A stretch of DNA of 64,000 nt from Blasia pusilla (taxonomy: Eukaryota), in contig CM114271.1 of NCBI GenBank assembly GCA_050084515.1, positions 32,550,001 through 32,614,000 of the forward strand, read 5' to 3'. Positions 25,901 through 39,392 of this stretch are shown in pieces. The first letter of the stretch is position 1. Each line of letters begins with the position of its first letter. The notes beneath the pieces are model-generated. The model did not search any database. It worked only from the letters and a program-made list of their open reading frames with translations, and was not told the DNA's origin. Position numbers and translations under genes: made by a program.

Positions 25901-28900
25901 TACCGGTCCAACCAGAGAACCCAACTCCTTCATGCTAAAGGCAAAACAACTCCTATGAGCACGTAGGAACTGTGTCAGCGTCGTTTCTCACCTCCCGTAA
26001 GCTTGGGCCCAAGTAATGGCTCCCAAGTCTCCTCCTTTGGCACACTAGAGGGAGAGGACGATGCCATTGGTCGCACGCAACCCCCTCACAAGATGGTACA
26101 CCCTTAGCTACACCATGATCTCGAGCAAATAACTCCTCCACCAAAGATGAGCAACCAACTCCACATGCCCGGCCATTACATCCCATCTACTCCAAGGATG
26201 CAAAATACTACTCTCCTCGCTTGACCGATGCCTCTACCGTCCCGGTAGCCATCGAGCTTATTACAAGGGGTGGAAGACCCACAGACATAGTCCGAAGTCG
26301 ACACCGCTCGCCATACCAAGACTCAAAATCCAAGTCAAACACCCAGGTCCATGGCCTGACCCAACACATGACGTCATGAAGCCTCGTAAATAGAAGCAAA
26401 TTTGTCACACCAATAGCAAATCCCATCATGACGCTCTCTCTCATCAGCGTTAGGCTCACCAACGCCGCACATGAGAATCCCATACAAGCCGCGACCACCT
26501 TCCTCGTAGGCATGTGACGAGGGAAAACTCACAAATGTGGGTAGTGCCATCCTAGGTGGCCCACACGGTTCACCAACGCCATGGGTGACCGATCAATAAC
26601 CCTCACCACTTGAGAAAGTCCCAATATTCAAGATACTATCCTTTGTGAAGGCGAGGATCATTGCCTTTGACGCCTCATATGCTCGACGTAGAACCTCCTA
26701 GGCAACAAGTTTGTCCACCACAAGCGTGGGCGATGTGCACGCTGAGCCAACTCCAGCATCCAACAACACCGCTGGTCCAATCCAAGACCGCACTCATGAA
26801 CACTCGCCATCATCCGGTTCGAGTGTCACCCAACAATGGAACATTCTCCAAAATGTAAGCTAGAGTACGTGCTCGATGAACTGAAGATGTCGTAACACCT
26901 GTAACATCTCCCAAAACAATCGAGACCTAGGGTCATGTAATCCCTCACCACGACCAGCATGTGTATGACCCTGACATGGCCATCTAGCAATCACCAAATC
27001 CACAGGACCAACCCTCTCAAGGTCCTGTGCCCCCAACAATGCAATGTGTGATGGTAAAGCACGCTGGTACCCACGAATAGCGATGGCGGCAACAACTCAG
27101 ATATCTCCGCATCAATCGACCAATATGTCGGGATGAGACTCTGGGCCGTCTCATCTCGCTCCACATACACGTATCTCCGCATAGGAATACCGGCCTGCAA
27201 CACTGCCGCCAAACCAGTGCTAATCCCACCAAAGAGATCTAACACACAAATGCCCTCCAGCAGATATTGCCATACAATGGGTGTAGTATCCAAAGGGAAT
27301 AACCCAACTGGGCCAGAAGTAGGAGTCCGCCGTGGGGCCTCCTCTTCCTCGTGAGGTATAACAACCTCACACCAAGCCTCCTCGCACTAGGCGACGCCTC
27401 TGCCGTAGTGCACCGCTTGAACTCCAAAGTGGCACATCCAACGATGAGGATGCCACCTTTGCTGCAAAAAAATAGGGACCTCCTCTACCTCCTCATGCGC
27501 AGGAGAATCCATAGCGAAACATTACCCTCCAAAAGTCTCCTGCCAAGTGACTACTCCACTAAAACCACCACGATGCTAACACTGTTGGGGAAGACCTCTG
27601 GTCGAGCCCCGTAAATAAATCTCATAGGAACTTGGCTCATACGTCCATCCCGGACTGCCAACCAGGTCTCAGAAGAAGATTTGTCTCGACCCAAGTAATC
27701 CATCTGAAAACCCATCGGTACACATCGCTCCTCCAACTAGTACATCATACGACTCGCCGATGTGACTACATGCAGATACTCCCAACCGGAGCTATCGGGT
27801 CGCATGATCTGGTCTCAACTGTACAGAAAACTTTTCCCGTGTCATGAATTGAGACCTATCATTGGCTCCTCCAAGTGATGTTTGAATGGAATGGGCAAGG
27901 CTCAAGCTCGACCTCGAATACCCAAACCAATACATGCCGCCTTTCCCAACATCAAGGTTGGGCACCGAGTCTAACAAGACTCTATCTGGTCTATACACAT
28001 CTGTAGGACTCACCAATCGGAAGATCCACTCCGGTTGTCCAACATACATACACCAGTGTAGCCTCTCACGATCAATGGTGGCCGGGTGGTAATGCATCCA
28101 TCTTCGCCGCCGTCGCCAAGTATCACCGGGTACTCAATGCTACTTGACATAGAGGGTCGCTCCACCGCAACACCCTCATCCACCTCAACACGTAGCAAGA
28201 ATAACACCCCACGTTCACACAACGTGGTCGCTAATCAAATACAAGAGCTAAGTCAACTCCTAAAGCCATCAGCTCCGTGGCCGAAAACAATGGGGATCCC
28301 AACACTGAAGTTGCCATCCGCAATACTGCATTGGATGTTGCATCCGTGTCTACTACACGCGATGTAGATGCCTCAGTCCCCACTGTCGGCTCAATAGGCT
28401 GCGTAGGAACCATGGATGGAGTCCTAAGCACCTCAAACAACAAGAATGATTGGGGAAGCCTAGCATGCCTCCCAGCCTCACCCCTCTATGGGTCCAACTC
28501 CACAGTAGCACCACGTGGCTCTGACGCTCGAGTGGCTCCTCTCAGAATCGCACTGATGGTGATCCTCAACTTTGTCTTGCACTCGCCATATAAGAGAGAT
28601 CATCCCTCCATAAGAGGTGGAAGCCCCTGCTCCCGAACTCCGATCTATCTTTGGATACCACCATAGTAGCCAACTTCTGCTCCAACTGCTCAATCCTGGC
28701 AGCCATAGCTGACTCTGTCGTAGTGGTAGGGGTAGCCACCGTAGGCTCTCCAACCACTGGTCCACCTCTACCACCCCTACCACCTCTACCACCTCGGCCT
28801 CTCGGAGCTACTCCACCACGGCCACGGCCTGATCTCAACTCTGGATGAAGATCAAAGCAACGCTCTCGAGGATGACCTAGTCTCCCCGCAATGATCACAC

Positions 28901-29990
28901 TGAGTTGGGGCCGACGAGGCCCATCCTCCAAAGTCCGTCTCCCATCCTCTTGGGGACAAAACTTCCTAACATGATCACCTCCACATGTCCAACATGATTG
29001 TCCTCTTTGCGGGGCAGCAAATGAAGGCAATGGTCTCTGCACAAATGTCCTCTAGGACTTGACTAAGGTCGCGTGTACCCCACGACTCCCACTACTACTA
29101 CCACCACCACTACTACGAGACTGTGAGGTGGGCGGCTGAACAACACGAAGTAGTAGTTGTATCCCTCTTGAATGCGGATGTCATCACTCTCTCCTTCACC
29201 ATGTTAAGCTCAATCTTCTCAGATAAAGCAAACACATGGGTCAATGTGGGTGAATCATCACTCATAAGAGTAGCATCACGTACCCTACTGGCGCAAATCT
29301 CGCCCAAGATCCCTAACAAAACTAGACGCTGATCCTCAATCACACCCTAGGTAATCGAAATCAAGCATCGTGATACGAGTGTATGCCTCACTTAAGACTC
29401 TCACCGTCTTTCGCTCAAAGTCCTGAAGATTCCTCAACTTCTCCGTCTTCACTCCATGATAGTTCTTCTTCAACCTCTTGAAGAACTCTGCAACCGGCTG
29501 AACGATGGTGGGGCACTAGCCCCCACTAGTACCCCACTAGTACCTCCACGGTACCCCCCACTCCGACTGCACTCGTACCACTCAACGTCGGGCCGGGGTG
29601 GCATAGTAGGAGCACTACTACCAATACCACCATGGGTGATAGACACATAGCCAGGAGACCAATATTGTCTCCATGCCTCAATCTCAAAGAACATGGTCCT
29701 TCCTAAACTCATGGTAATCATCCATGGGTGGTCCTTCCAAGTCTTTGAAACAACCCTTCCAAGCCAAGAAGGGTGTAAACAACGCGTGCGTTCCGCAACA
29801 TCTGCATATCACACCACGTATCAAACTCTTGCATGAAGTCCTCCAACTCAATGGTGCCCATCGCACCGAGTATCGTCATGGGCCCTTCATGGCCCCATAT
29901 CCACATCCATGTCCCAAATCAATGGAGCGCAACACTTGATAACAACGTAGAAGACTCGGTGTTTGGAACACCTGGTCCTCCTCTTCATCA
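22981..29990 (-). pseudogene. Frameshifted gag-PR-DNMT-RT-RH-INT-PHD of copy 3
   Basis: CWTCGGDHVRKFC knuckle plus RGG tract, VLLDS protease, VLDLFGGISTG, CYIDDILVFS, SVDFAGP and CMLC..CDRC..WHMMC..CPRC. Confidence 0.92.
26320..27293 (-). pseudogene. DNMT3-like C5 cytosine methyltransferase domain, copy 3
   Basis: VLDLFGGISTG, YVYVERD, DLVIARWPCQG (catalytic PC intact), ILENV, AHRPRL and VLGQAMD, read across frameshifts. Confidence 0.88.
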
Positions 29991-31586
29991 ACCGTCGGAA
30001 GTGGAAAAGGTAGCCGATACCTAAATCACTCCGTGTGAAACCACCACATCCGCACTACGGTCCCCAACCAGACCACCCGACAAACTCGTGATGACCAACG
30101 CCGATGCCGCACCACCACCAAATTACCCAAGTGACGCCGATGTCGCTCTACTATTGTAGCTCTACTAGCTATGGGTGTAGGCAATCTAACCTCTCATCAC
30201 CACAAGAAGTCTCCCACAGTCTATTGGTCATCACTCCAGCCCCACTATCAGTAGCACACAGGAGTAACACTACTCCGAAATCAACGCGTAAACCCTAACA
30301 ATGGGCGGCAAGCAAGAAGCACGATGGAGGGGATCCAAACACGGAAATCCAACGACAACCCTCCAATCGCAAATGGAAATCAAGGTAACACAATCCACCA
30401 AACGTGGTGCCCCTCGAATCCACAAAACCCACCACACAATTCTAACGCATAATAGCTACTCGCCGGCCTGGTCGATGACATGCTAGTTTAACGCGCAAAG
30501 ACCTGAAAATATCACTGAATGGAGAGGCTACACCGCACTATGCGCTAGAGGTACATCAACCAAAAACCTGAGATGCATAAAGCGCCTAACACATCTCCGA
30601 ACAAAGACCAAATGAGCTACAATAGTCTATGCACCTTTGGCATAGTTAAGAACTCGGCATTAAGCGCCCTCCAGCGAGAATAGCCCAAAGATGGGTGACA
30701 GTTATGCAAAACTCAAATCCCAAATCCTGCAAAAATTTCCTCACGCCCAAGCAAGCAAGCAAGCTTGCTTGCTTGCTCCTTGCTCCTTACTCCGCCTCTC
30801 TCGCCCCGAGCTACCACGAGTTGCCTCGAAGCCTCGAATGCCGAGAAGTGCTCGAGACATGCCCGTTCTCACACGCTCGCCATGCTTCGCTATGGAGAGA
30901 GGTCCAACCAGGGCGCCCCAATGGGATAGGCGTCTCCAACAATGAACGAGTCACCAACCAACCAGCCCCTCCGATCCCGCCCACCATAGCGGACCTTGAG
31001 CTAGTCCGCGAAATTTCGATCAAAATTACTTCACAAATACGTGACCGAAATCAAATCTGTTTCGATCAGAATTCAATTGACCACCATAGCTATCTCTCCA
31101 TAGAAAATCAGCTACAACCGAGCTCAGACTCGAGCTAAAAATCAAACAAACTTGTCTGTCCATACACCTCCGAATCGCAAATCCAAAAGCGCTTCGCCAA
31201 GTTTCATGCACGCAGAAATCCGCAACGCTCCACACACTCGGCAGATAGATTCACGGAGATCACAATATGAGTAGCAACAGAACCTCTCACCCGATCTGGA
31301 TGAACTTCAACACGCTTCGCGACTCCAAGCTCTCCACATCGAAAACCGCCGAACACGACCAGAATCTTCAATGCTTGATAACTTCCAACTCCTCGACGAA
31401 ACCGCGATCTACAGCCGCGTTGAAAGCTCTCAAAAGGCGCTTCTTTCCCAACAAACGCGCACCAGATTCACACCTCCAACATAGGCCACAAGCCACAAAC
31501 ATCCACGGCTGAGTACACAATCGGCCCTAACCAGATCCTCTTGATCTACAATCGAAGCTACTATCGATCTACTCCGGTTCTTTGAG

Positions 31587-31956
31587 TGAAATCCGTGAAA
31601 GACCTCTTGTCATAAAACACGTTTACAATCACATACAATCGAGCCAAACCCACTCCACGATGGGAGAATCCAGGTCTAAGCTTATGGAAACACCATAGCC
31701 AAGAGCTCTACTCACTACCAAGGCTAACTCCCAACGCACGCACAAAGCTCAACTCAAAGAACTGATGTTCTTTGAGGGCAAGCCACCTTATATCCTCCAA
31801 CCTAAGAGCGGGCCCTACTAGGAAAGTCACCCCCAAGTGAGTAACCCCCAACCCTATGTATGGAACCACATCTCTACCAAGCCACTACGATCCTACATAA
31901 GGAATGGCCTCTACCAGCACACCATACTCTACGACATAATCCGTATGGTCATGACA
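31587..31956 (-). repeat. Repeat A1 of copy 3 (5' terminus)
   Basis: Repeat of A2; not followed by B on the sense strand. Confidence 0.95.
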
Positions 31957-34900
31957 ACACAAGTGTTTGAATACGTGAGGAAGGGTTGTTGTTACAAGAT
32001 AATCATAAATATAGGAAAGTTGGTTAGGAGTGTGGAAGACTTAAGGTGAGTTTGAGTGCTTGGGCGTATGAGGCGGGATATCATTATGACGTTCAGAAGA
32101 ACGAGGTAGTTCGAGGAGTTGTGAGGGAGTTATATGGAGTGGAGTGAGATATCAATGGATTTCGTCCAGTGGTCGTGGGGTGTATGATGGGATAGTGAGA
32201 TCGACTATACCCACACCTTCAAACCAAGAAGTAGAGGGAGATGATGTCATATATGGTAATGAGGTGGTAGAGACCTTTGGTAGTAGACGACCACCTAGTT
32301 TCAACTCAATGGTGAAGTTCATTTGAGAGTTGTGGAATAACTTCCAAGGTGTGCATACTGACAAGCTAAAGAGTACATGATTTTTAGCAGAGATTAAGTG
32401 AGAGTTTGTGTGAGGCATTCATGCACATGCATCGGTTGATCATTGGTAGCTATCCATGGAGTGACAGAGGCCAAAACATTACCTCATTTAAGACATTTGA
32501 GCTTGAGGGATGATCCATACTCGGGAGACGTAAGGTTGGTTGACATGGCTAATATGAGTGTGTTTGGTAGTAAATCAATGATGAGATCACGACTCGATGA
32601 ATGCAAACTTTTGTGACACACAAGATTGTCGCTCAGGACCATAAGTGCATAACACTAGGACACACACATACACACATGGTTGTGCATGTTGTTATACTTT
32701 CTAGATCTTATCAAAACCTTTGACCTGTGGGTTTTTTTTATTTTGAGTCCTCTATTTTTCCACTTAATTGTTTTGACATTTGAAATTTAAAGGTCCCCTC
32801 CCTCTTTGAAAAACCATAAGTGGTGCTTCTTACCTTCATTTCTTTACCATTTTCTTGTCCTCTTTATGGAGATGGGCGACTCAAAAAGGGTCCTCGACAT
32901 GCCATTGGGGGATAGTGGGTGGCGAAAGCTTTTCATGATGTGTGGGAATACAAGGAAGTCCATAAGGATGACACATCAATCAAGAGGAGTCGTCAATTCC
33001 ACATGGCAAAGCTCTGTGGGAGTTTTGGATGCATGCTTCTCCGATAAGATTGTGTCTATATCATACAATCCTAGGATGGTATGGATAGCAAGATCATTGT
33101 TGGACAACATCAAGAACAAAGGCCATCTTACAATCATTGTGAGAAGCCATAAGAGAGTCACGCTGCAATCACAACACAACCACAAGAGTAAGTAGTTGCC
33201 ATTATTGATGGTCACAAAATGCCCTCATCACATTCACCGTATTCACATATTTCCATAAGATTATTTGCAGTGTTTCAGATTCAAGATCACTGGACTTCTG
33301 GATTACAATTGTTTCCACAAACTGGAGAGGGAGGAGAGAAGGGGGGTTAGGATAGCCAAGCAATACATTAAGCATTCATATTTGGTACATGGTGTTAACA
33401 ACATGAGATTGCCGTTGTCACTAATGTTGATACAAGAATTGCACTCATTAAAGTCATTTTTGTATGGATGGAAAGACTCCAAGGGTATGAGCATGCAATT
33501 CATTTGTATTTGAATCCCATGTAGAAGGAGAAGCACAAATATGGGATTCTCCGCAAATAAGCAATTGATAAATAGAAGAAGAATTCGAGTGCCAAATAAA
33601 TCCTTGTAAGGGTCAACATTTCCAAGCTACAAAAGTTCTCTCACCATTCTAGGCAAGTGAGCAATTGAGACAAACGAGAAGAAAGCAAGTGCCAAAAAGA
33701 CTGCTGCCTTCCCTGCTTTTCCATGACCCACAACTGATTTCTCATAATTTCTCGATATTATTTTTCACTGCAAATATGAGAAATGTGCCCATCCGGACAC
33801 ATCACTTATAGTCCAAAACTCCAAGTTTCAATCCACCACACATTTACCCTTTGAATCTCTTGCTTTCTAAAGCTGCACCTAAAACAGTTGTGAGGCTCTT
33901 TGCCAGGGAAAGCCACACAATTGGCTCTTCAATGTACAATGCTCAGCAGCATAACCCTCAGGCAGCGTTCTTGAATAGTGTGGAGGAATCTGCCCTCCCA
34001 TTAAGGGACATTACAGAGACCAAAACTCAACAACTGAATCATCCGTGAAGAAGGGAAGCCAGTCCAACACCCCCACTTCTTAAAGGTGCTTTGGATGGTA
34101 CACTGCTACTGGAAATCCTGCATCCACGAGGTAAGAGTTTAGTAACTGCTATGAGAGCTTTTCTCCTGCGTCACAACAGCCACAACAAAGTTAAATTCAC
34201 AAAATTTCAGCAGGCATAGATCTTTATCCTACACCTGCACACATTTAATACTTCCGTGCTATTCAGTCTCCTGGTCAAAGCGTATACAAACAAGGAAAAG
34301 TTACCAGTAGGTCGGAGCCACTGTGGCAGCACGCAACACAGTACTCCTCATAGAAATATCTGAAAGTGCAATCGTAGAATTCTTCCTGTGAATGTGCAGC
34401 GGCAACAAAATCATCATAAGTCTTCCTGATCCAATCTTAAACATCTTACAGAGGAAAAGAAGGGAATCAATGAATGAATGAATGATTTGAACTACTTTCG
34501 TTGGATTTTCCACAAATGGAGGTGGTTCAGAAAATTTCTATCCAATATTAAATGATATAGGGTCAGGTTTATTAGTTTGAGATGGGCAAAGAAACAGTCC
34601 CAACTAGACTCGAGAGAAAAACAAAGTGGAGAATAGTCACAACCAGAAAATCATTTGACGGATTTCATTCAATCAGTGTGAGTTGAACTTACTTTATAAT
34701 CCTTGAGAAACGGTTATGGGAAACCTTCCACATTGCATATGTCAGGCTCCGTCCACCACCATGTGTCAAGTTTCTAGGCTTAGACTCCCCATGAAGGAGG
34801 ATTGATTTAAGCGCAGGACTAGGACACTCTTTTCTCCAATTGTTCACCCAGGAGCATGGCCAAAGTTCACCCAGGCTGCAGGCTCCTGGACTGTACATCA

Positions 34901-37593
34901 TAGTCTTATGACCACAGATTCTGGGCCTTGGTTGGTTGGAGTTGCTGACTGGAATGCGTGCACAAGGAAAAACCGTTGAAAAAGCATCATATGAGGAGGC
35001 AGAGTCTCCCATCAAGTGCCAGTGCTCACCTTACAGATTGTTGCGCAAAGCTTCCAAGCATCAGCCAAGAAACCCTTTACAACACTATCTACAATACAGA
35101 AAAAAAGGTTACTAAGCTGTGCAATAGCTTTGGGTACTGAATCTTGGGTACTGAACGTCACAAACAACTCTGATAGCACCAGGTTAGCAAGTTTGGTATT
35201 AGTGCTTTATCTCTCTGATGTCAATTTCGCATAAGAGATTGGATACCGACTGAAGGTTTCATCCCCACCGTCACATAAAACACTACGACTCTCTTCCCAT
35301 CCTGCCCTATTGGTAGTTCAAGGGATCCATCACTGTTCTGAACTTGAACTTAAGTGGCATTTCCAAAGAAGGAGTCCTCTGCAAACGGTTCTTGAGTTCT
35401 GCTGGTTCAGGATACATTAAAGAGAAAAGACACGAGTTCTTGGTTGCTTCCTCAATGCTGCGTCGCTGTGAGCGCTCAAGTATGGCATCCACGGAGGCTT
35501 TCTCCTCTTGCTCCCATAGATCAGGCAATTCAGAGAGATGGGCAGAGGGAGCGCGAGTGTGTATTACACACTTTGAAATCCCGTAGCATCATCACATGAG
35601 CTATTCGAGAACATACGTGTTCCGACGTTGAATCATACATCTGTAGAGAATTGACAAGGAGAAGCTGCACGAGGTCCAATAACTGGGGAGAGAGAGATTC
35701 TTCCTGAGGAAACTCAAGAGGGGAATCAGAGGAGAGGAACAGTCTCAAAAGGATGGTTAATGTGGACTTACGGGAGTGTAGAAGAAATAGAATCGAACGC
35801 TAGATCCGTGAACCCTTGACGTTGCTTGTGCTTTGGATTCATCGTGCATAGAATGTAAACCCTCCCGCGTCGCCTCACCACTCTGCAGTACTCACAGAGC
35901 CGTCTCACTGCCGCTCTGACCTTCATGTCTCCTTCCCTCGCAAATCAATCCCCACTCAATTCCCGAGCCCGTCGAGAATCGTGAACTTGTCCGAGTTTCG
36001 CAGATTTTCGGAACAATCTCTTCTACTATACAGAACTCAGCTCGAAACGTTTCCTGAATCGTATGAACACACTGAAATACTCAACGCCTCGCATCTTTCC
36101 TGGAGCCCGACTCTCCTGACGGTCGCGCTCCTCGGAGCACGACGGCGCGGCACATGTGCATTTCATAGCCCGACGGTCGCGCGTTGTTCATCACGACGGC
36201 GCAGAATCATAGGCGTTATGGACACTTCCACTTATACCCATGAAACCTGACTGGCCCATTTCGTATAGTCGCGACTCCGGACCTGTTACGAGACCCGAGT
36301 GGGTACCACTGCAGTAGAGATATTCGCGACTTCTAGGGCTGCTCGGTTCACATATCGTGACCGCGTAGGAGGACGACGATTGTCGCAGTGAATCCGAATC
36401 AGGAAAAGAAGAAGAAGAAGAAGACGAAGAAAGGGCCGGTGATCTTGGCTGCGCTCATGCATTCTGGCGAATCTCCTTTTAATAACGCAGTTTGGGTAGG
36501 TTCTTCAACCGCCTGTCATTGCTCAATGTGAGAGTACTTTTTGCTTTCCCTGATCGTAGGGACGCGGGATTCACTCAAGTCAGAAAAGGGAGAGGAAGAC
36601 AGAAATTCTCCGCCTGTAATCTTCCACATTTTGGTCAAGCTGCTGTGCGGTGTGCGTCGGTGGTGTGGACGAAAGATGCGGACTGAAATGTGAGGGATGA
36701 GAAGTGTTTTGAGAGAACGTTTGCTAGCGTTGGTTGCTTTGTTTGAAGTGGTCATTAGCGGTCATGTGCGATTGATGTCTTTGCAAAGGCACAAAATTTT
36801 TGTTGTAATTCGCAATTCAATGTTCAGTTCCCTCGCGTGGATGCTATTTGTTGGTACTGATGAGATGATGAACGAAGTAATTTCAGAACCTGTGTCGTAG
36901 GAGGAAGACATTGGTGAGAGTCTTGTTCATATCTTAAAAAGACAATGTTGCTATCTCTGAACTGTTAAAGCGATTTCCAGAATGTGTCTTAATCCCTAGA
37001 TATACGTAACGAGCTTCTTGGTCTCCCCACTGGAAGAACACTTTCAGGCTTTCTGACTCTAGAGACATGCACAGTGGCAAAGTTGACTGCTAACCGGACG
37101 ATTCTTTGAGCAGTAGAAAACGGAAGGACGAAAATGTGAGTAACGTCGTTTGAGTGGCGCTCGCAATAATTGCGTGCGCCACTCTATCACCCTGTTACAC
37201 TTCCCACAATTCCATGTGTAATTGTCGCATTAAATTGAATGAGAGTGAATGAGCTTGAGTCGCGTGTGTGCACGAGTCTGAATTTTTCGCCCTGGTTATG
37301 TCGCAGCGTTGACTAATCTTTCTGCATCGTGCGAATATTTCAGCAAACTCGGCGGTTAGAGACCTTTTCGCTAGTGAGAGATGTTACACTCACTAACATT
37401 TAGAGTACTATTCACATGTGAGCAGGTGCAGGGGATTCGAGATATTCCTCTTCTGCGCATTTTGGAGTCATGATGATTGGAGCACACAAAGTAGGGTAAT
37501 CGCAACGGAACTGAGTCGAAAGAGCTTGAGGAAGAATGCAGTGAAGAGCTTTTTGATGTTTTAACCCCTTACGGTGGAAAAGTCCTTGGGGAT

Positions 37594-39392
37594 ATGGCTT
37601 CCTCGACAGCAGCAGGTGCAGTTGGAGGACCACCTGGGTCCTCCACTGGCAAGGGCATGAAAGCGGGAGGAGCAGGAGCAGGACAGCCTGTGGACAGCTC
37701 CTTGAAGAGAAAGCGAGGAATATTTAGCAAAGACTGTGAGTGCTGAGTGTGGTGACATCATTTTAGTTGTGTTAGGTGCTCTAGTGCGCTAGTGACTGCT
37801 TGGATTTGACATTGTATCTTTCCTGGGCTCACAGTTCCTGCGTCTGAGAAAGAATCAAACAAAGGGAGTTTGGAGTGTGGGTCTTTGTTTTAAATATCTG
37901 GAGTCTTCTTAAGGGTTTAGGGTTTATCTTCATTGATGTGATGGTTGTGCATCTGCTTACTAATCTCTTGTGATGTCGCTCGGATCGCTTTCCTTGTCGC
38001 TGTCCAAGGCTAGCTCAAATTCTAAGTCACGGTAGAGTAACTTGATCCAGCTCAGTAAGTTCTTTAGTGATTATGAATAGGTCTCCCCATTCAAGAGCAG
38101 TGAAGTGCTGATGCGTGTTTGATAGAGTATCAAAATTGATGTTGTCTGTGGTTTGTCCAAGGCTGAGCACAGTGCGGCTGATGATGTATGGCTTTGGTGA
38201 CGACCCTGATGTAAGTGATGAGCGTATAACCCTGCATTCCAAACCTTCAGATGCATGTGAAACTGCCTAAGAAAGGAGTATGGATAACGCTTCATGAGAA
38301 TGTTTAATTCAAAGTATACAGCTTGCCTGCCTTTTGTTTTTTCATGAGCAATGCACTTCAGAAACTCTGAAATTGGAACCCTGAATCTGATTGGGCACGA
38401 CTTTTGGTGGTCACATCATCTCCAGTCCAATGTCCAAACCCTGCTCTCTTGTGAGTTCCCACCTTGGGGTGGTCACAGTTCAAGGATAGCCAAGGCATAG
38501 GAACACCGGAGCAGTCTGGGTTTGAGGAGGTTCCAGCTAGCATGTCCACTTCACTATTTCCCAGATTGTAGTCATGGAGCCCAATTCTAGACACTTTCGA
38601 AAACATTAGTAGATTTGCTGTAGCAGAAACCCTAGAAGTTCACATGTTTTGTCTCCAGGGTTGAGGAATTCCAGAACTGGAAGGGAACAATTGAAAGACT
38701 GATCAAAGCTTTTGTGTGTGCAGCCAATGCCAGAGACTGTACTATTGGTGGAGGATATTTTATTAGATTACATCACGGACATGGTACTGTTGTTTTTATG
38801 AATTTGGTTACTGAAACTATTGCTGAGCCAGACAGTAAATTTGTCATAGTTGGTGCAGAGGATAATTCGTTGCCATGAACTTATAACTTGAGCTGCCTAT
38901 GTGATTGCATGGTGTATTTTAGTCTTTTCATTTGTCCACTCCCAGAAGGACTTCAAATCTTGTAGTTCTTATGCAACACTTGGATGCCACAAAAAATCTG
39001 AGATTCTTGAACAATTTTCTGGCGAATTGGAGGAACAGTTGGAATTTAACTTCCAACGAACATGATTTTTGTGTTCAGATCCACAAAGCCCAAGATGTTG
39101 CCTGTAGAAGAGGAAAGCTCACGACAGAAGATATTATGTTTTTGGTTCGCAAGGTGAGAAGCAGTAAGGGAGAAAATGAGTTACCTCGGAAAGATAAGAG
39201 CTGTTTAATACTGTAGCAAACAAGTGGGGTTGCTTAGTTGCCAGTTTTAATAAACCTTGCTCCTTCTGTCTGGCTTTGCAGGACTCACGAAAATTTGCTC
39301 GTGTGAAGGAACTTCTTGCCATGAATGAGGAGCTGAAGCGGGCGAGAAAAGCATTCGAGGTCGATGAAGAGAAGTTTGCAAATGAGGAGTAA
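37594..39392 (+). CDS. TAF13: Transcription initiation factor TFIID subunit 13 (141 aa; exons 37594-37735, 38173-38210, 38724-38783, 39079-39153, 39282-39392)
   Basis: GT-AG splicing gives MASSTAAG...KRKRGIFSKDLRLMMYGFGDDPDPMPETVLLVEDILLDYITDMIHKAQDVACRRGKLTTEDIMFLVRKDSRKFARVKELLAMNEELKRARKAFEVDEEKFANEE*, the typical TAF13 histone-fold sequence. Confidence 0.95.

Larger units (their letters stand above)
22227..31956 (-). mobile_element. Gypsy-like DNMT/PHD-family retrotransposon, copy 3 (complete, divergent subfamily)
   Basis: Perfect 4-bp TSD ACAC (22223-22226, 31957-31960); sense ends TGTCATG...CGCACGACA; A1 31587-31956, B1 22700-22808, A2 22333-22696, B2 22227-22332; RT retains YIDD; intact C4HC3 PHD. 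Confidence 0.95.

Noticed and set aside
12002-31956. Classifying copies 2 and 3 as DIRS/Ngaro tyrosine-recombinase elements
   Set aside because: No YR motifs were seen; an HHCC-DDE integrase and TSDs are present, and the MTase is C5-type rather than the adenine-type domain of DIRS.
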